Below are positions 13,046 through 25,616 of a stretch of DNA of 64,000 bases, in pieces. A program made the position numbers and the translations under genes. Below the pieces are notes generated by a model, which was not told the DNA's origin, did not search any database, and worked only from the letters and a program-made list of their open reading frames with translations. Source of the stretch: Eledone cirrhosa (Eukaryota); the NCBI GenBank assembly GCA_964016885.1, contig OZ024755.1, positions 23,560,001 to 23,624,000 on the forward strand. The letters run 5' to 3'. Position 1 is the first letter of the stretch. Each line of letters starts with the position of its first letter.

Positions 13046-14499
13046 AAATGAATAAGTGTTTAGGGAAGGGTGATTTGCTCTAGATACACTATAAAAAGAC
13101 AAAAATCTTCAAGATACTTTTATGATCTAATACAGTAATGGACTTCTCAGTAATTGAAAGATATGAGTTATTAAAATTAGCATTGAAATACTAGATAACA
13201 TTACACAACTTTGACTTTTCTATAAGGAAAAAAAAATACATAAAATTCTTTTCTTTTTTTATAAAGCATATCACAAACAGAAAATGTCGATATTGAGTTT
13301 ATCAACTGAAAGAATGCTACTTTGCAGTATGAATTATTGATGGCTTATTCCCAATCACTACAATGAAAGATGTTTGAAATTCATTCAATTCAATTCTCAT
13401 TGTATTTTCTCTCAAAAAATAAAATCGAAAATTCTCAGAAATATTTAAGCTTTAGGGATAATCAGTACTTGATAACTATAACATTCAAAGCCTCACTATA
13501 TATATATAGCAAACACTCTTATTCTATTCCCCTCCCTCTCTGATTTTCTGATTTTATAGAATTTAAATAAATTCTAAACCATTTAGAATCTGGAAAATAT
13601 TTCAGTCAATAAAATGCAGATTAAAGATAATTATCTATTGGAAGAGATCAATAACAAATTACAAGTTTTGTGTGTCAAATGAAGAAATGAAGCTACAAGT
13701 TATCAATAATTAATAGCATTTCAAGAAAAAACTTCAAGTGTTTTTTCAAAGAATGCTTGCAATTGTTTATTATATATCCTCACTAATGAATTATTCAATT
13801 ATATTTCACAAAGAGAATACAACAGATAAATAGTTTTAGAATTGCAATTTAGTTGAACTTCAATAGTACAGAGTTAGAACTATGGTTTTATGCATGTTTG
13901 TTTAATGCTTGTACCAATTGGACAAAGCCTGGAACTTATCATGGCTTTATGGGCATTAACCAATTTAAAGTTCTAGACTCTTAGCATCACATTGGGGGAT
14001 GCAGAAGAGCTGGCACAAGATCACCAGCGATGGAGGGTGCTGGTGAACTTGGTTGGCTCTATGCACGATGATGCTTTAGAATTGCTGGCTTAGGATGACC
14101 TCGGCCTCATTGAGCAAGAGCAAGAAGAAGAAGAGAAGAGACTCAAGCCCTGGACAGAATGCCAGGCTGTCACAGAGTTAATCCTCATTTGCTGGCACTG
14201 GTACTGATTTTCAGCTGAGTGAACTGGAAAAACATAAAATGAAGCGTTTTGCTCAAGGAGGAGGAGAGGAAAACATTATATTGATGCTTTAAATCTAGTT
14301 AAAGGAAGTAGGGGTGACATTTTTGAAATTGCAATTTATCAAAATTAGAATTACACATGCAATGAGGGGAATAAAACATTAGTATAAGGACCATTATTAC
14401 TTAAATAGTAATTAAATCAGGAGGACATTCAAGCCAAATAGATTTCATTCTCACTAGAAAACAGGACAAGAAAATGGTTGTAAATGCCAAAGCCTTTCC

Positions 14500-15450
14500 T
14501 GGGGAAGAATGTACCTCCCAACATAGACTAGTTATCAGTGACCTAGTCCTTATAGCTGAATATGTAGGAGAGTTAGAGACTAAATTTCAAACAGGAAAGA
14601 AGAACCTAGAGTTGAAAGGCCTAAAATTAATCTTAGCAAAGACTTAAGTGTTAATAAGTAGGAAAGAGGACAGGAGGGTGATACCATCAGGGAAATGGCT
14701 GGCATTGTTCGATATGTCAGAAAAGGGTGGGCAGAAATTCTATATGGTGCAATTAGTCTAATCTATGGATGCACAAGAGATGTAGTGTGATCGCAAGCAG
14801 ATTAATGGAAAAGATAGACTTTGCATGTGACAGATGCCCAGAAGAAGTAAGCACTAAGAACTCACGTGAAGTAGATTCCTTCAGCTGCCAGGGAGGCTCC
14901 TTAGAAACTTTTGTTACTTAGTCGATCAAATTAACAGTGGGGGAGGGTGCAGCACTGAAAGTGTGATAGCCAAGATCAGAACAGGTTGGAAGAAGTTTAG
15001 AAAGCTGATATTTTTGGTGAAAACAAAGGGATTCTCGCTCAGAGAAAAGGGTAGACTGTATGATGCCTGTGTACGAACTGTAAAACTACATGGTCGTGAA
15101 ACATGGGCCTTAACTGTAGAAGATCTGTGAAGGCTGGAGAGAAATGAAGTGAGTATACTCCAGTGGATATGTCATGTTTGTGTGCATGAACAACGTAGCA
15201 TAAGTGAACTGAGAGGAAAACTTGGCATAAGAGGAAATGGATGTAATGTGCAAGAGAGAAAGCTTCACTGGTATAAACATGTGAAGTGTATGGAGGATAG
15301 CAGCTGCATAAAGAAATGCAGAGCAATCCCAGTTGAAAAAGCAGACCTAGGAAAACATGGGATGAGGTAGTGAATAGCAACTAAGCCTCACAAATGAGAT
15401 GACAAAGGATTGAGGGGGCTGGTGCTATGCTGTGATGATGAAGACCTGGC
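14500..15450 (+). mobile_element. Degenerate RTE-type LINE, RT 3' half
   Basis: Frameshifted RT motifs (DLVLIAE..., KGRLYDACVRTV..HGRETWAL, LRGKLGIR). Related pieces ~27200-27700(-), 34575-34710(+), 55860-56330(+), 59330-59910(+), 63690-64000(+). Confidence 0.75.
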
Positions 15451-17330
15451 CACAAGCATACAATAATGACCTGCCCCTCCCACTAGCAATCCCTACCATC
15501 TATCTTCACCACTACTGTACACCCCCCCCCCTCCAACCACTCTTTAACTACTACCCCCCTCTAAAGACCTTAGATATCCTCACCATTGCACCCCAGTAGT
15601 TGCTCCTCTTACTAATAGTAAGAGATATATTGGACTGTTAGTAGATAGTTTTTGTCAATTATAATGGAGCCGTTGAAAATCTTTAACCATTTTCAATACT
15701 GTAATGGAGAGCATTTTGTATTTAGTTAGGTTGTAGAAGACCATCATACAGCTCATTTTTAGTTACTATCATATAAATATATACAATTTAAGTTTATCAA
15801 ATTCTTATCATTTGAAATAATCAATATCAAGGCAACAACTGATTAAAACCATTTGCTCAAAGATGAAAGAGAAAAATTCAGACAATTTGTCTTCGAAATA
15901 CTTTGATATGTGGATAATCAAATAAAGAACATTTATAAATATATAAATACATATGTAATGATTATTTGAAACAGCATAGTTTCAATAGATACAAATTTTG
16001 TTTGCTATCTAGCTGAGACATATATCTAATAGGTAACACCTTTCTCTAGCTTCTACCCTCCCATGCAGTAACTATCCCTCCCCTATTACTTACGTCTGCA
16101 ATTTCCACAAGCTTCCTCTCTCCCTAGTTCCCATCCCACACCATATAGTGCTCCCCCCCCCCCCAGGTGTCAAGACAAAAAACACCCAGTACACACTGCA
16201 AATGTGGTTAGCATTAGGAAGGGCATCCAGCTGTAGAAACCAAGCCAAAATCAGCCCCGGGTGAGCAAAACACGGTCCTCTGACCTTATTCTCTCCCAAG
16301 GGGTCAACCCGTCCTACCCATGCTAGTGTGGAAAATAGACGTTAAACAATGATGATGATACCTAACAGAAGGTTGTAGTTAACTAATTGTATGGTTTTGT
16401 TTAATTTTCAGACCTTTTATTTCTACTCTTCAAATCCGATCAGGAACTGGTATTTTATACAGAAATCTGGCAAAGAATACATAAGTAGTATAAGGAATAT
16501 ATCATTTCAATTAATAGTTAAACCACAACAAATGGATTTTAACACATGCAGTTTAATAAAACCCTGTTATTCTAAAATTAGAGATTTTAGAAGTTCTTTC
16601 TCCAGCCTTTATAAAAAGGATATACTGAATATAGCTTGCATCTGCATCATCATTAACTGAATATCTGTTTAATCCTTTCATTACCATATTTTTAATGAAA
16701 CACACTGCCTGTGATTTTCAAATCATTTGGAAAACAGTCAAGAATTTGGAGAGATTGAGTAATATAACTTTCTTGTTATTAAGTAGGTGTTTGAAACATA
16801 AAGGTTCTTACATAAAATTATGATGGAACATAAAGGTTCTTACATAAAATTTAAAGATAAATATAAATGTTTAAAATGAACAGCTTTTTATCATAAAACC
16901 ACAGCCAGTTTCAGGCAATTTAGATTAACTAGATTTTCCCAATGACACATAATTACACCCTGAATCATGTACTTATCCTGAATCATATACATTCTAAAAT
17001 CAAAGATCTGATATGATACAACTGCTTCATTTCAACTCTACTCCAGTTAGCTACTATTAACAGCTCACATCACTTTTCACCAAGAAAGCACATATTATAT
17101 GCATGAATTAAATGTTCAGTCATCTCTCTTCCATACACTAATAAAAAAATTCTGATAGGCAATTTCTATCTCATGCACAGCCTGGTCTACAAGCCTACAT
17201 TGCACAACAAGCAAACTGTATTCAGTTTATGTCTTACCAGTAGCAGTAGGTTCTTTGATTTCACTATAAATGTTAAACTTTCATGTACAGAAAATACTAA
17301 TTTTAACCTCAGCAAAAACACATGTATTAT

Positions 17331-17550
17331 TTGGTGGATTGGCAGAATCGGTAGAGTTTTGGACGCCATGCTTCACAGCATAGAGTTACGGCCCTTTATG
17401 TTCTGAGTTCAAATCCTGCCAGGTTAGCTTTGTCTTTTATGCTTACTGGGTTGATAAAATAAAGTACCAGTCACGCACTGGGGTTGATTTAATCTACTTT
17501 TCCCTCTCCTTCAAATGGTTGGCCTTATGGCTAAAATAGGGACTATTATT
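17331..17550 (+). mobile_element. Family-A SINE
   Basis: GGTGGATTGGCAGAATCGGTAGAG head, GAGTTCAAATCC B box. Confidence 0.85.
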
Positions 17551-18421
17551 GATATTTGAAGAACTTTATTATCATAAAAATATGGAAATATTTTTATGCG
17601 AGATAAAGACTTTACTGTGAAAATACATTAGTATACATAGAGTAATGTAAATGCTAAATAATTAAAGATAGGGCTGCTAGGTCACCTACACATTCAATAT
17701 CTTTTAAAACATACTAACAGAACATCAGCTCAATAAGACTAAAAACATACAAATTTTCCCAGTCATTTTCTTTCTTAGCTACCACCAGAAACATATTGTC
17801 CTTAATTTTAAAGGAAGGGATGAAAACATTAAATAATGCTTATAAGATTATATTTTCATTTGCAGAGCAATTATGAAAAAAAAAAAAAACCCAAAGAAAC
17901 TCAAAACTAAAAAAAAAAAAATCATTTTAATTCACAAAAAGAAAAAAAAAAAAACTTGAATGAGATAATAAAAAATACAACTCCAAAACAACATCTGTAA
18001 CCAATTTTAAGGATAATTAAGAACTTTTACTAAATCTACTAGCTGTTTGTTCCTGCACTATCATGTAATGTTCAACATTTTATTCAACAGTTATAACAGA
18101 TAATTTTTCATAATAGTGTATTGTGACCTAAATTGTAACTACTACTAGAGTGTCTTACAACTTTTGTAAGTTCAAGCAGTATCTGAATTTATTATCTTTC
18201 ACTAGTAAACATTAATTAAGCTGAAACCACAAAGCTTGAATGACATATCTTTCCCTAGAATAATTATAAGGCTCAATATGTCCAGAGAAAAAGAAGTTAT
18301 GTTCAAGTTATAGACAACTCACAAATGAAAGAGTAAATACAGAATTCCAAACAGATCAAGAAAAATCTAGTAATTGTTTGTACAAAGCAAGTGTACATGT
18401 TTTAAAATAATGCCTCATTTA

Positions 18422-18613
18422 CGAGGGTTGCTGAAAAGTTCCTGGCTTTAGGTAAAAGAAAATACAGGAGGATCAGTTAATTATGATTTTATTAAACATA
18501 TTCCCCTCTCAGATTCACACACTTATTGCAGCAGTCCTTCAATTTTTTCTAAGCCCTGTAAAAAGAACTCTGAGAGTTGGGACTCCAGCCAGGATCTTTT
18601 CCACACCCCTTCG
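18422..18613 (-). mobile_element. mariner-derived deletion MITE
   Basis: TA-flanked imperfect TIRs (CGAGGGTTGCTGAAAAG / CTTTTCCACACCCCTTCG); minus strand retains the transposase C-terminus WLESQLSEFFLQGLEK..CNKCVNLRGEYV. Confidence 0.8.
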
Positions 18614-20277
18614 TAACTTTACAAGGAAAGTTATAGGTCTACCTTGAGCACAGCATTCAATTTCACTACTATGTTGTTGTTTTTTTAATGTAAAACTGTG
18701 AACATAAAACTAAGAATTGATTAATATTATATGTACCACAAGAATGATCTGCTGGATGAAATGACCAACCCTAAGACTGAATAAAATCTATTAAAACAAA
18801 TAAAGAAAAAAAATGTTAAAATTGTTTTAGAAAGCCAGTTCAATATAAATTGGAAATAAAAGAGTGAAAACACAAATTAAGTAAAACAAAACAACAATTT
18901 ACAATATTACCTTCTATTTTAATATCACCTTTATGAAGAGTAAAACGATACTAGATTATCACCATCCTTCATTTTCTCCCGATAAAGCAGTTTTAACCCC
19001 GAAATATAAAAATAGTTTTGTTTTACTTTATTTCTGTTATCATTCATTTCTTTAATAATTTTAACCCAATTTCAAAATGTTTCATTAAAACCACAATACT
19101 CCAATAAAGAACTGTTTCATACATCTTTTTGTTTTTACATCAATGTTCCTAGGAAAAAATAATAATTACTTAAAGTGTCTTTATTCATCTAAGAAAGGTT
19201 TTGAGCAGTATAACTGGGCATTCAATGTAGTGCTAAATATAAGTGCTAGCTCAGCAATATTTCATGAAGTTGCATGTCTACCTCCACCCCATCAATTATA
19301 ATTAATATTAGGTCAAGATGGATGAGACAGGAATGCATCAAACCAGCTGCTTTATATTATTTCTCTCATTCCTCTATGTTGTGGGTTTAACTCTTAACAT
19401 CTTGTAATGATTTAGCAGAAAATATCTAAAAACAGGTTTGTTAATTCAAATGTTTACAGTATCTTTACCATTGGACAGATTGTTGCAAAAATTTATCGTA
19501 AACTAAAGTAAGGGTTTTTATTTTTAATATCATGCAGTCGAAATACTGTTTTGTACTTTTCAAGAACACCTTGCTAGAATTAACTGCTTTCTATCCTTTT
19601 CAAAGTCTATAAGATAACTAGAAGTACCAGTTATATACTGAGGTTGATTTAATTGACTATACTTCTCTGGTTCAACAGTTAGCCACGTGCCTAAAACAAA
19701 TTATCATCAACAACAATAACAAACACAAATTGTTATGTGATCTTCAAAACTAGATAACATGCCAAATTCATTCTTTGTGGGGGGGAAAAAAAACCTGTTT
19801 TTGTGCTCCAGCTGAATGAAATGAATGGAGTTCTGATATGAATTTGACAACTATTTAAAATAAAAATAGATTACAGTAATGAAGGCTGATTCAATATCAG
19901 TCGAAGCCATGCTGTTTTATTGAACTTAGGAACACACACATATACACACACACTGAATGCTATAATTGATTAACAACATGGCTTCCCATAAAATGTAAAA
20001 TGCATTAGATTAGACAATGTATTTGTGTAATGACTAAAAATAACACATCTAAAATAAAAGAGAGTAAATCAGAACAGTAAAATAAATAAATAAAACAATC
20101 CAACAGCCTTGTAAGACATATGTACCATAAATTTAAAATGTACTCAACAGAAACAAGTTTGAAAATATTACTATATATTTTTTAACTTGCTTTTTCTCTA
20201 TTATCTCTACACCACAGTAACTGGAAATATAGATACTAGTAGTGGATTAATGTGTTATTATATTAGATACATCATGC

Positions 20278-20423
20278 TGGTTGGACGCCATGCTTTGCAG
20301 CATAGAGTTACGGCCCTTTGCGGTCTGAGCTCAACTTTGCTTTTCATCCTTATGGGATTGATAAAATAAAGCACCAGTAATGCACTGGGGTAATTGCTGG
20401 CCTTGTGCCTAAAGTAGAAACAA
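20278..20423 (+). mobile_element. Family-A SINE, truncated
   Basis: Flanked by a TTATATTAGATACAT duplication. Confidence 0.8.
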
Positions 20424-21462
20424 TTATATTAGATACATGATCAGTATATTCAATTTCCAATTGAAAGAGCAAATGTCTTTGTTACTGACTGGTTAAATCT
20501 ACTGTTTATATGCATAAAGAAAGTAAGAGTAAAGGGTAGAGACTCACTTCAGTCACGAATGGCCATGGGATTTGCACCTAGAAAGTTCCCCTCCAAGGGA
20601 TAAGTTTGGGCAATGTTATTTATGGAAGACCAGCAGTCACCCATGCATACCAAGCTACTGATGTTGTCCAAGGGAAAGACAAATGCTGATAGAGCTGGGC
20701 ACCAGTGACACGCAACTCATTTCTAAAGCTGAGTGAATTGGAGCAATGTGAAATAAAGTGTCTTGCTCAAGAACGCAATGCAAAGCCCGGTGAGAGAATC
20801 AAATTGACAACCTTGCAATTGTAAGCCTGACGCTCTAACCACTAAGCCATGCGCCTACAATAACATAAAGGAGGGTTTTGAGGGAAGTGAGCAGTTTCAG
20901 TAAGCTTTAGAAGTGCTTGGCAATTCCCATCTCCTGTCCATATATCAGTTCCTTATTAAGTTTAGTCTGTTAGTAAAGCTGTTACAAGGGTATGACTAAA
21001 AATATTCTGGAGTCAAAAGTGAGAATCAGTGCACCAGTCCATCATTAAGGATATTGCTGTCAAGGTATTCTCTCTACCTGAACACCCAAGTTTTTAGATG
21101 TTTTTTTTTAAATCCTGGACAACAGTATATTCAGTATTCTTCACGCCACTTCACTCTATTTTCAAAGCAAAATTTAAAATAGAAAACTAGGAAAGAGTAA
21201 AAAAAAAGTGAAGAGTTTAGATTCTAAAATTAGAAATTTATCACAGGCAATGTAAACTGTTATATAATAGTTATGGTTTCTAATAGTTAAACCTTTTGTT
21301 GTAGGCAGTGGACAATTATTACTGAGCAACAGTTTGTATATAGGAATGAATGGGCAAACACAGTAGGTTCATGATTTTATGAATTTCTGGGAAGAAGGCA
21401 GGAGAACATGATATTGAAATTTATATAAATTAATGTCAAAAAGATTTGTATATTGTTGATAA

Positions 21463-21860
21463 TAATGGTTTCTGATTTAGGAACAAGAGAGGAGAAAGTC
21501 AATTAAATCGACCCCAGTGCATTACTGATGTTTTATTTTGTCAACCCTGTAAGGGTGAAAGACTAAGCTAACCTCGGTGGAATTTGAACTCAGAATGTAA
21601 AGGGTTGTAACTCTATGCTGCAAAGTATGTTTCTCGACTTTCTACCAATATTGCCAATCCACTGCCCTATATATATTGTTGATAATTGTTTCTACTTTAG
21701 GCACAAGGCCAGCAATTACCCAGTGCATTACTGGTACTTTATTTTATCGACCCCGTAAGGATGAAAGGCAAAGTAAACCTCGGGGGGATTTGAACTCAGA
21801 CCGTAAAGGGACGTAACCATGCTGGAAAGCATGGCGTCCGACTCTCTACCGATACTGCCA
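21463..21860 (-). mobile_element. Tandem pair of family-A SINEs
   Basis: ATATTGTTGATAAT occurs three times (~21449, 21672, 21861), bounding an older long-variant copy and a younger short-variant copy. Confidence 0.85.
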
Positions 21861-22169
21861 ATATTGTTGATAATAATGAATATCAAAAGGGCTACATTAT
21901 TCCACAAATAGAAAAAAGTACTCCCATTGATTTTAGTCTTGTGAGAGCTGCTCAAGATAAATCAGCTTAGGAATTTCACAAGAAACTGTTTTTAGTGAGA
22001 AATTTCATTTTTAATGAGAAATTTTATTTTATTCCTGAGTTTCTCTTTGAAATCCGTGCTTCAGAGAACAAAATTCTGAAAATCTAACGTTCATGATCAA
22101 ATAGGATGCATAATTGCTGAAACTGGTATATGAACCATGCATGTAATGAAGATTTTACAAACATATTAA

Positions 22170-22400
22170 AAAGTGCCCAGTCGACACTGTAAAGTGGTCG
22201 TGTAGGAGCCATGACAAAAAGCGTCTAGCCCATACTGTAAAGTGGTCATGTAGGAGTCACGTCAATAAGTGGCCAGTTCACACTGTAAAGTGGTCGTATT
22301 GGCGACTTGATAAAATGTGCCCAGCCCACACTGTAAAGTCGTTGTGTAGGTGTCTCGAGAAAAAGCACCCAGTTCACAATGTAAATATGGTTGGTGTTAG
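22170..22400 (+). repeat. 48-bp monomer array (5' end of a family-C element, ~4.5 units)
   Basis: CTGTAAAGT recurs at 22187, 22235, 22283 and 22331. Confidence 0.8.
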
Positions 22401-23824
22401 TATTCATTTTGTTTGTTCGCACATTAGCACTAGCACTTTACGTTTTAGTTAGAGAGGGGGGGGGGGGGGTATTATCCCTCCCCCTCTCTATATATATATA
22501 CAGAGCGTGACAGGACAGACAGGCAAATACGGCTCTTATTATAGTATAGATTATTTTTTATCTTACCAGCTCTCCTGTGTGGTAAATATGTGTTAGAGGA
22601 CCTCAGTGCCTCGCTCAAAGTACTTATTACCAATAATGAAATATAAATTCCTGACTTTTCCATTAAGTTGATACCATTATCTATTCAGATGTTGTACAAT
22701 ACCCAGTATGTAAAGCTCTACTGATAAGCACATCAGTCAAAAGAACAGATGGAATAAGAACATAGTGATAATCAGTGGCATCCACTCTAACATTGGGAAA
22801 TTAATAAATATTTTTTTCTTATAGTAACCTCTATAACCTTTGTGAAGAATGAACAGATTCCTTTAATTAGGTATCCAGAACTTACTTAATCAAAATGAAT
22901 CCAACCTATCTTACAGATGAAGACTAAATACTGTAAAACATTTAACCCATTAGCATTTACATTACTCTATATTTACTATTGTATTATCTCACATAATATC
23001 GAAACTATGAGATTTTGATATTATTCATTTTGAGAACAATAACTTAACATTAGTATGAGTGGCCAATTACAGCTAGTTTGAACAGAAAGAGGTGAGAGAA
23101 TTCTGGCTGGATACAGCCGGTTTAAATGCTAAAAAGTTAATCCAACATTCAACCATTTCTGCAGCTTTATCATTTAAAAAACACACAGGAATTCCAAATA
23201 GATTTATAAAAAATAGTAACATTAAAAATATGTAATATTAAAAAATCATTCAGGATGGCCAATAAAACAATGATAAGCAAAATTGTCCTTGGCCCTAGGG
23301 CCACCTCCCTGCTCACCACCATCACCACAGAGTTGGCTACCCACTGGTCTGAGCTTCATGAGCTGTAATGGCTCTTCCAGCAAGGCTCCCTCACCATTCT
23401 ATCTGCCAGAGCAGTCAGCGGCTGGGCCCCCATTTTCTCACAATAGTGAGAGATGGGGAGAGCAGGAGAGATGGAGGCAGTGACAGCTTTGACCTTTTGT
23501 GTTCAGACCAGGTCTATGTATGTGTATATAAGAGAAAATGTGTCTAAAAGCCGTTTCCTATAAATGGAACTGCATTGTTTTCTTATTCTGATATTCAATA
23601 TCGACACTAATATTCACACTAGTAAAATAATAATATAACTGAACTATTATTACAAAAAAGTAAAAGTTGTGTTTGTTTTCATCATCATCATCATTTAACG
23701 TCTTCTTTCCCTGCTAGCAAGGGTTGGATGGGTCTACATAGACCAGGTCAGTACTGAAGCAGGGCCACTGACATCCCAGACAGGCTGAGGAAGTCTGTAT
23801 TCCGCTTATGTATGGCAATTATCG

Positions 23825-24007
23825 GCGGTGGATTGGCAGTATCGGTAGAGGGTCGGACGCCATGATTTGATGCACAGAGTTATGGCCCTTGCCATTCTGA
23901 GTTCAAATCCCGCCAAGGTTAACTTTGCCTTTCATCCTTACGGGGTCAATAAAATAAAGTACCAGTAATGCACTGGGTAATTGCTGGCCTTGTACCAAAA
24001 GTAGAAA
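23825..24007 (+). mobile_element. Family-A SINE nested in a family-C element
   Basis: TSD CAATTATCG (23816-23824/24008-24016). Confidence 0.85.
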
Positions 24008-24502
24008 CAATTATCGAGTGCAGAAGAGAAGTTGTCAAGTCTTTAGACACAAACTGAAGAATCCTCCTAACCCCTTTATTTGGCAAGCTTTCTACAGCTG
24101 GATGCTTTTCCTATTTAAATTAGAAGAATGAAAAATAATGATGTAAGTAACACTATACTAATAATATATACAAACACGTATTGTTCTTATAACCAATTAA
24201 GTTATTGGGATACCACTGAAGTCTGAGTATTCAAGCAAATGAGACATGGAGAAATTGGCTTTGTGTTGCCTTTTTACAATGTTCATAACAGGATTTGAGC
24301 TCAGCACTGCCAACAAATTAGATCACATACTTGAGAATTATAAAATGCCTCTATTGCTTAGAGTTGAACTGTACTTATTTACAGAAACTGGAGTGTAGTA
24401 TTATAAAATAAATGGGTTTTGTTGGTGAATTAGTAGTGCCCTCAGCCAGTAAGTCACTATCCTATCCGCTAAAACAGTTGCAACTCTTTATATTATCTAC
24501 AC

Positions 24503-25616
24503 TAGAGGTTCTCAAAGTTACCGCTACTACCCCGCCTTGAGAAGGTCCAGGCGGCGCTGGGGCCTAAGGGGGGCAGTAGAGATTATATAGTATATTAAAC
24601 ATCAAATGATACATATATATAAATATAGTAAAATAAAAAAATATATATCTATTTATACATAATATATATTATAATATTTATCTATATATCTAAAACAGAG
24701 AATGTCTGTCTGTCTGTCCGATCACTAAAACTCGAGAACCACCCAACCGATTGTTTTCAAACTTTACACATGTAATACTTATGGTCCTGTGAGTGTTTTG
24801 AGCAAAAGAAATTTCAAATTTTCAATGCCCTAGGGACTGCATTAGGCGATTAAGCGATCTCTCTATAACTCTTAGTCTTTCTCTTTTTAGATAATACATA
24901 GATATAACGTTGCGCCCTTCTAACATGTCTGTATGCCTGACTGTCTGCATTACGACATTATGACATAGCTGTGTGTGTGTGTATATATATAGCGTGTAAC
25001 GTTTTTCGAAATATTTACTTCTGCATTCACAGATTGAATTTTTGGGTTTCAGAAGATCCTGTTAAGGGTGAAAGCAGCGATTCTTTGCTTAAACTTTAAT
25101 CTGTTATTTTTATATATATATATATATAATTATATATTCGTGTACAGATATTTTTGCATACACAATAACAAAATATAAACAAAAGTATTTATTTCGCGAT
25201 AAAGTATTGATTTTCTTCGCACAGAAAAAAACCCTGGTAATGTACAACAAATTTTTTTTATAAGCACAAAATGTAGACACCATCCTGAGGCCGAGGTATT
25301 CCGTACTTCTCTGTACTGTTATATATATATATATAAATAATTATATATTCGTGTACAGATATTTTTGCATACACAATAACAAAATATAAACAAACGTATT
25401 TATTTCACGAGGCTCAATAAGGATAAATATGTATTTGATATATAAGAACCCTAGAGCAAATCCCAAGCAACAGCAGGCCATTCTGCTAGTTATATATAAA
25501 TCAATGTTTTAATTTATTATATATTATTTACAATTTGCATGTAGGCAGGTCTCTCTGGAAATAGGGGGGTGGAGACAGAGGGGTGGGGGGTGTCCCCAAA
25601 AGTTTGAGAACCTCTG
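24503..25616. mobile_element. hAT-type MITE
   Basis: TIRs TAGAGGTTCTCAAA / TTTGAGAACCTCTG; perfect 8-bp TSD ATCTACAC (24495-24502/25617-25624). Confidence 0.9.
24681..25489 (+). mobile_element. Non-autonomous Helitron nested in the hAT MITE
   Basis: A|TCTATATATCTAAAA...(GTCT)n start, degenerate subterminal hairpin, CTAG|T end, no TSD; internal ~95-bp direct repeat (~25110-25198/25315-25408). Confidence 0.8.

Noticed and set aside
22566-22680. Possible minus-strand exon ending CTG|GTAAGA
   Set aside because: Weak acceptor and no recognisable peptide; compatible with chance.
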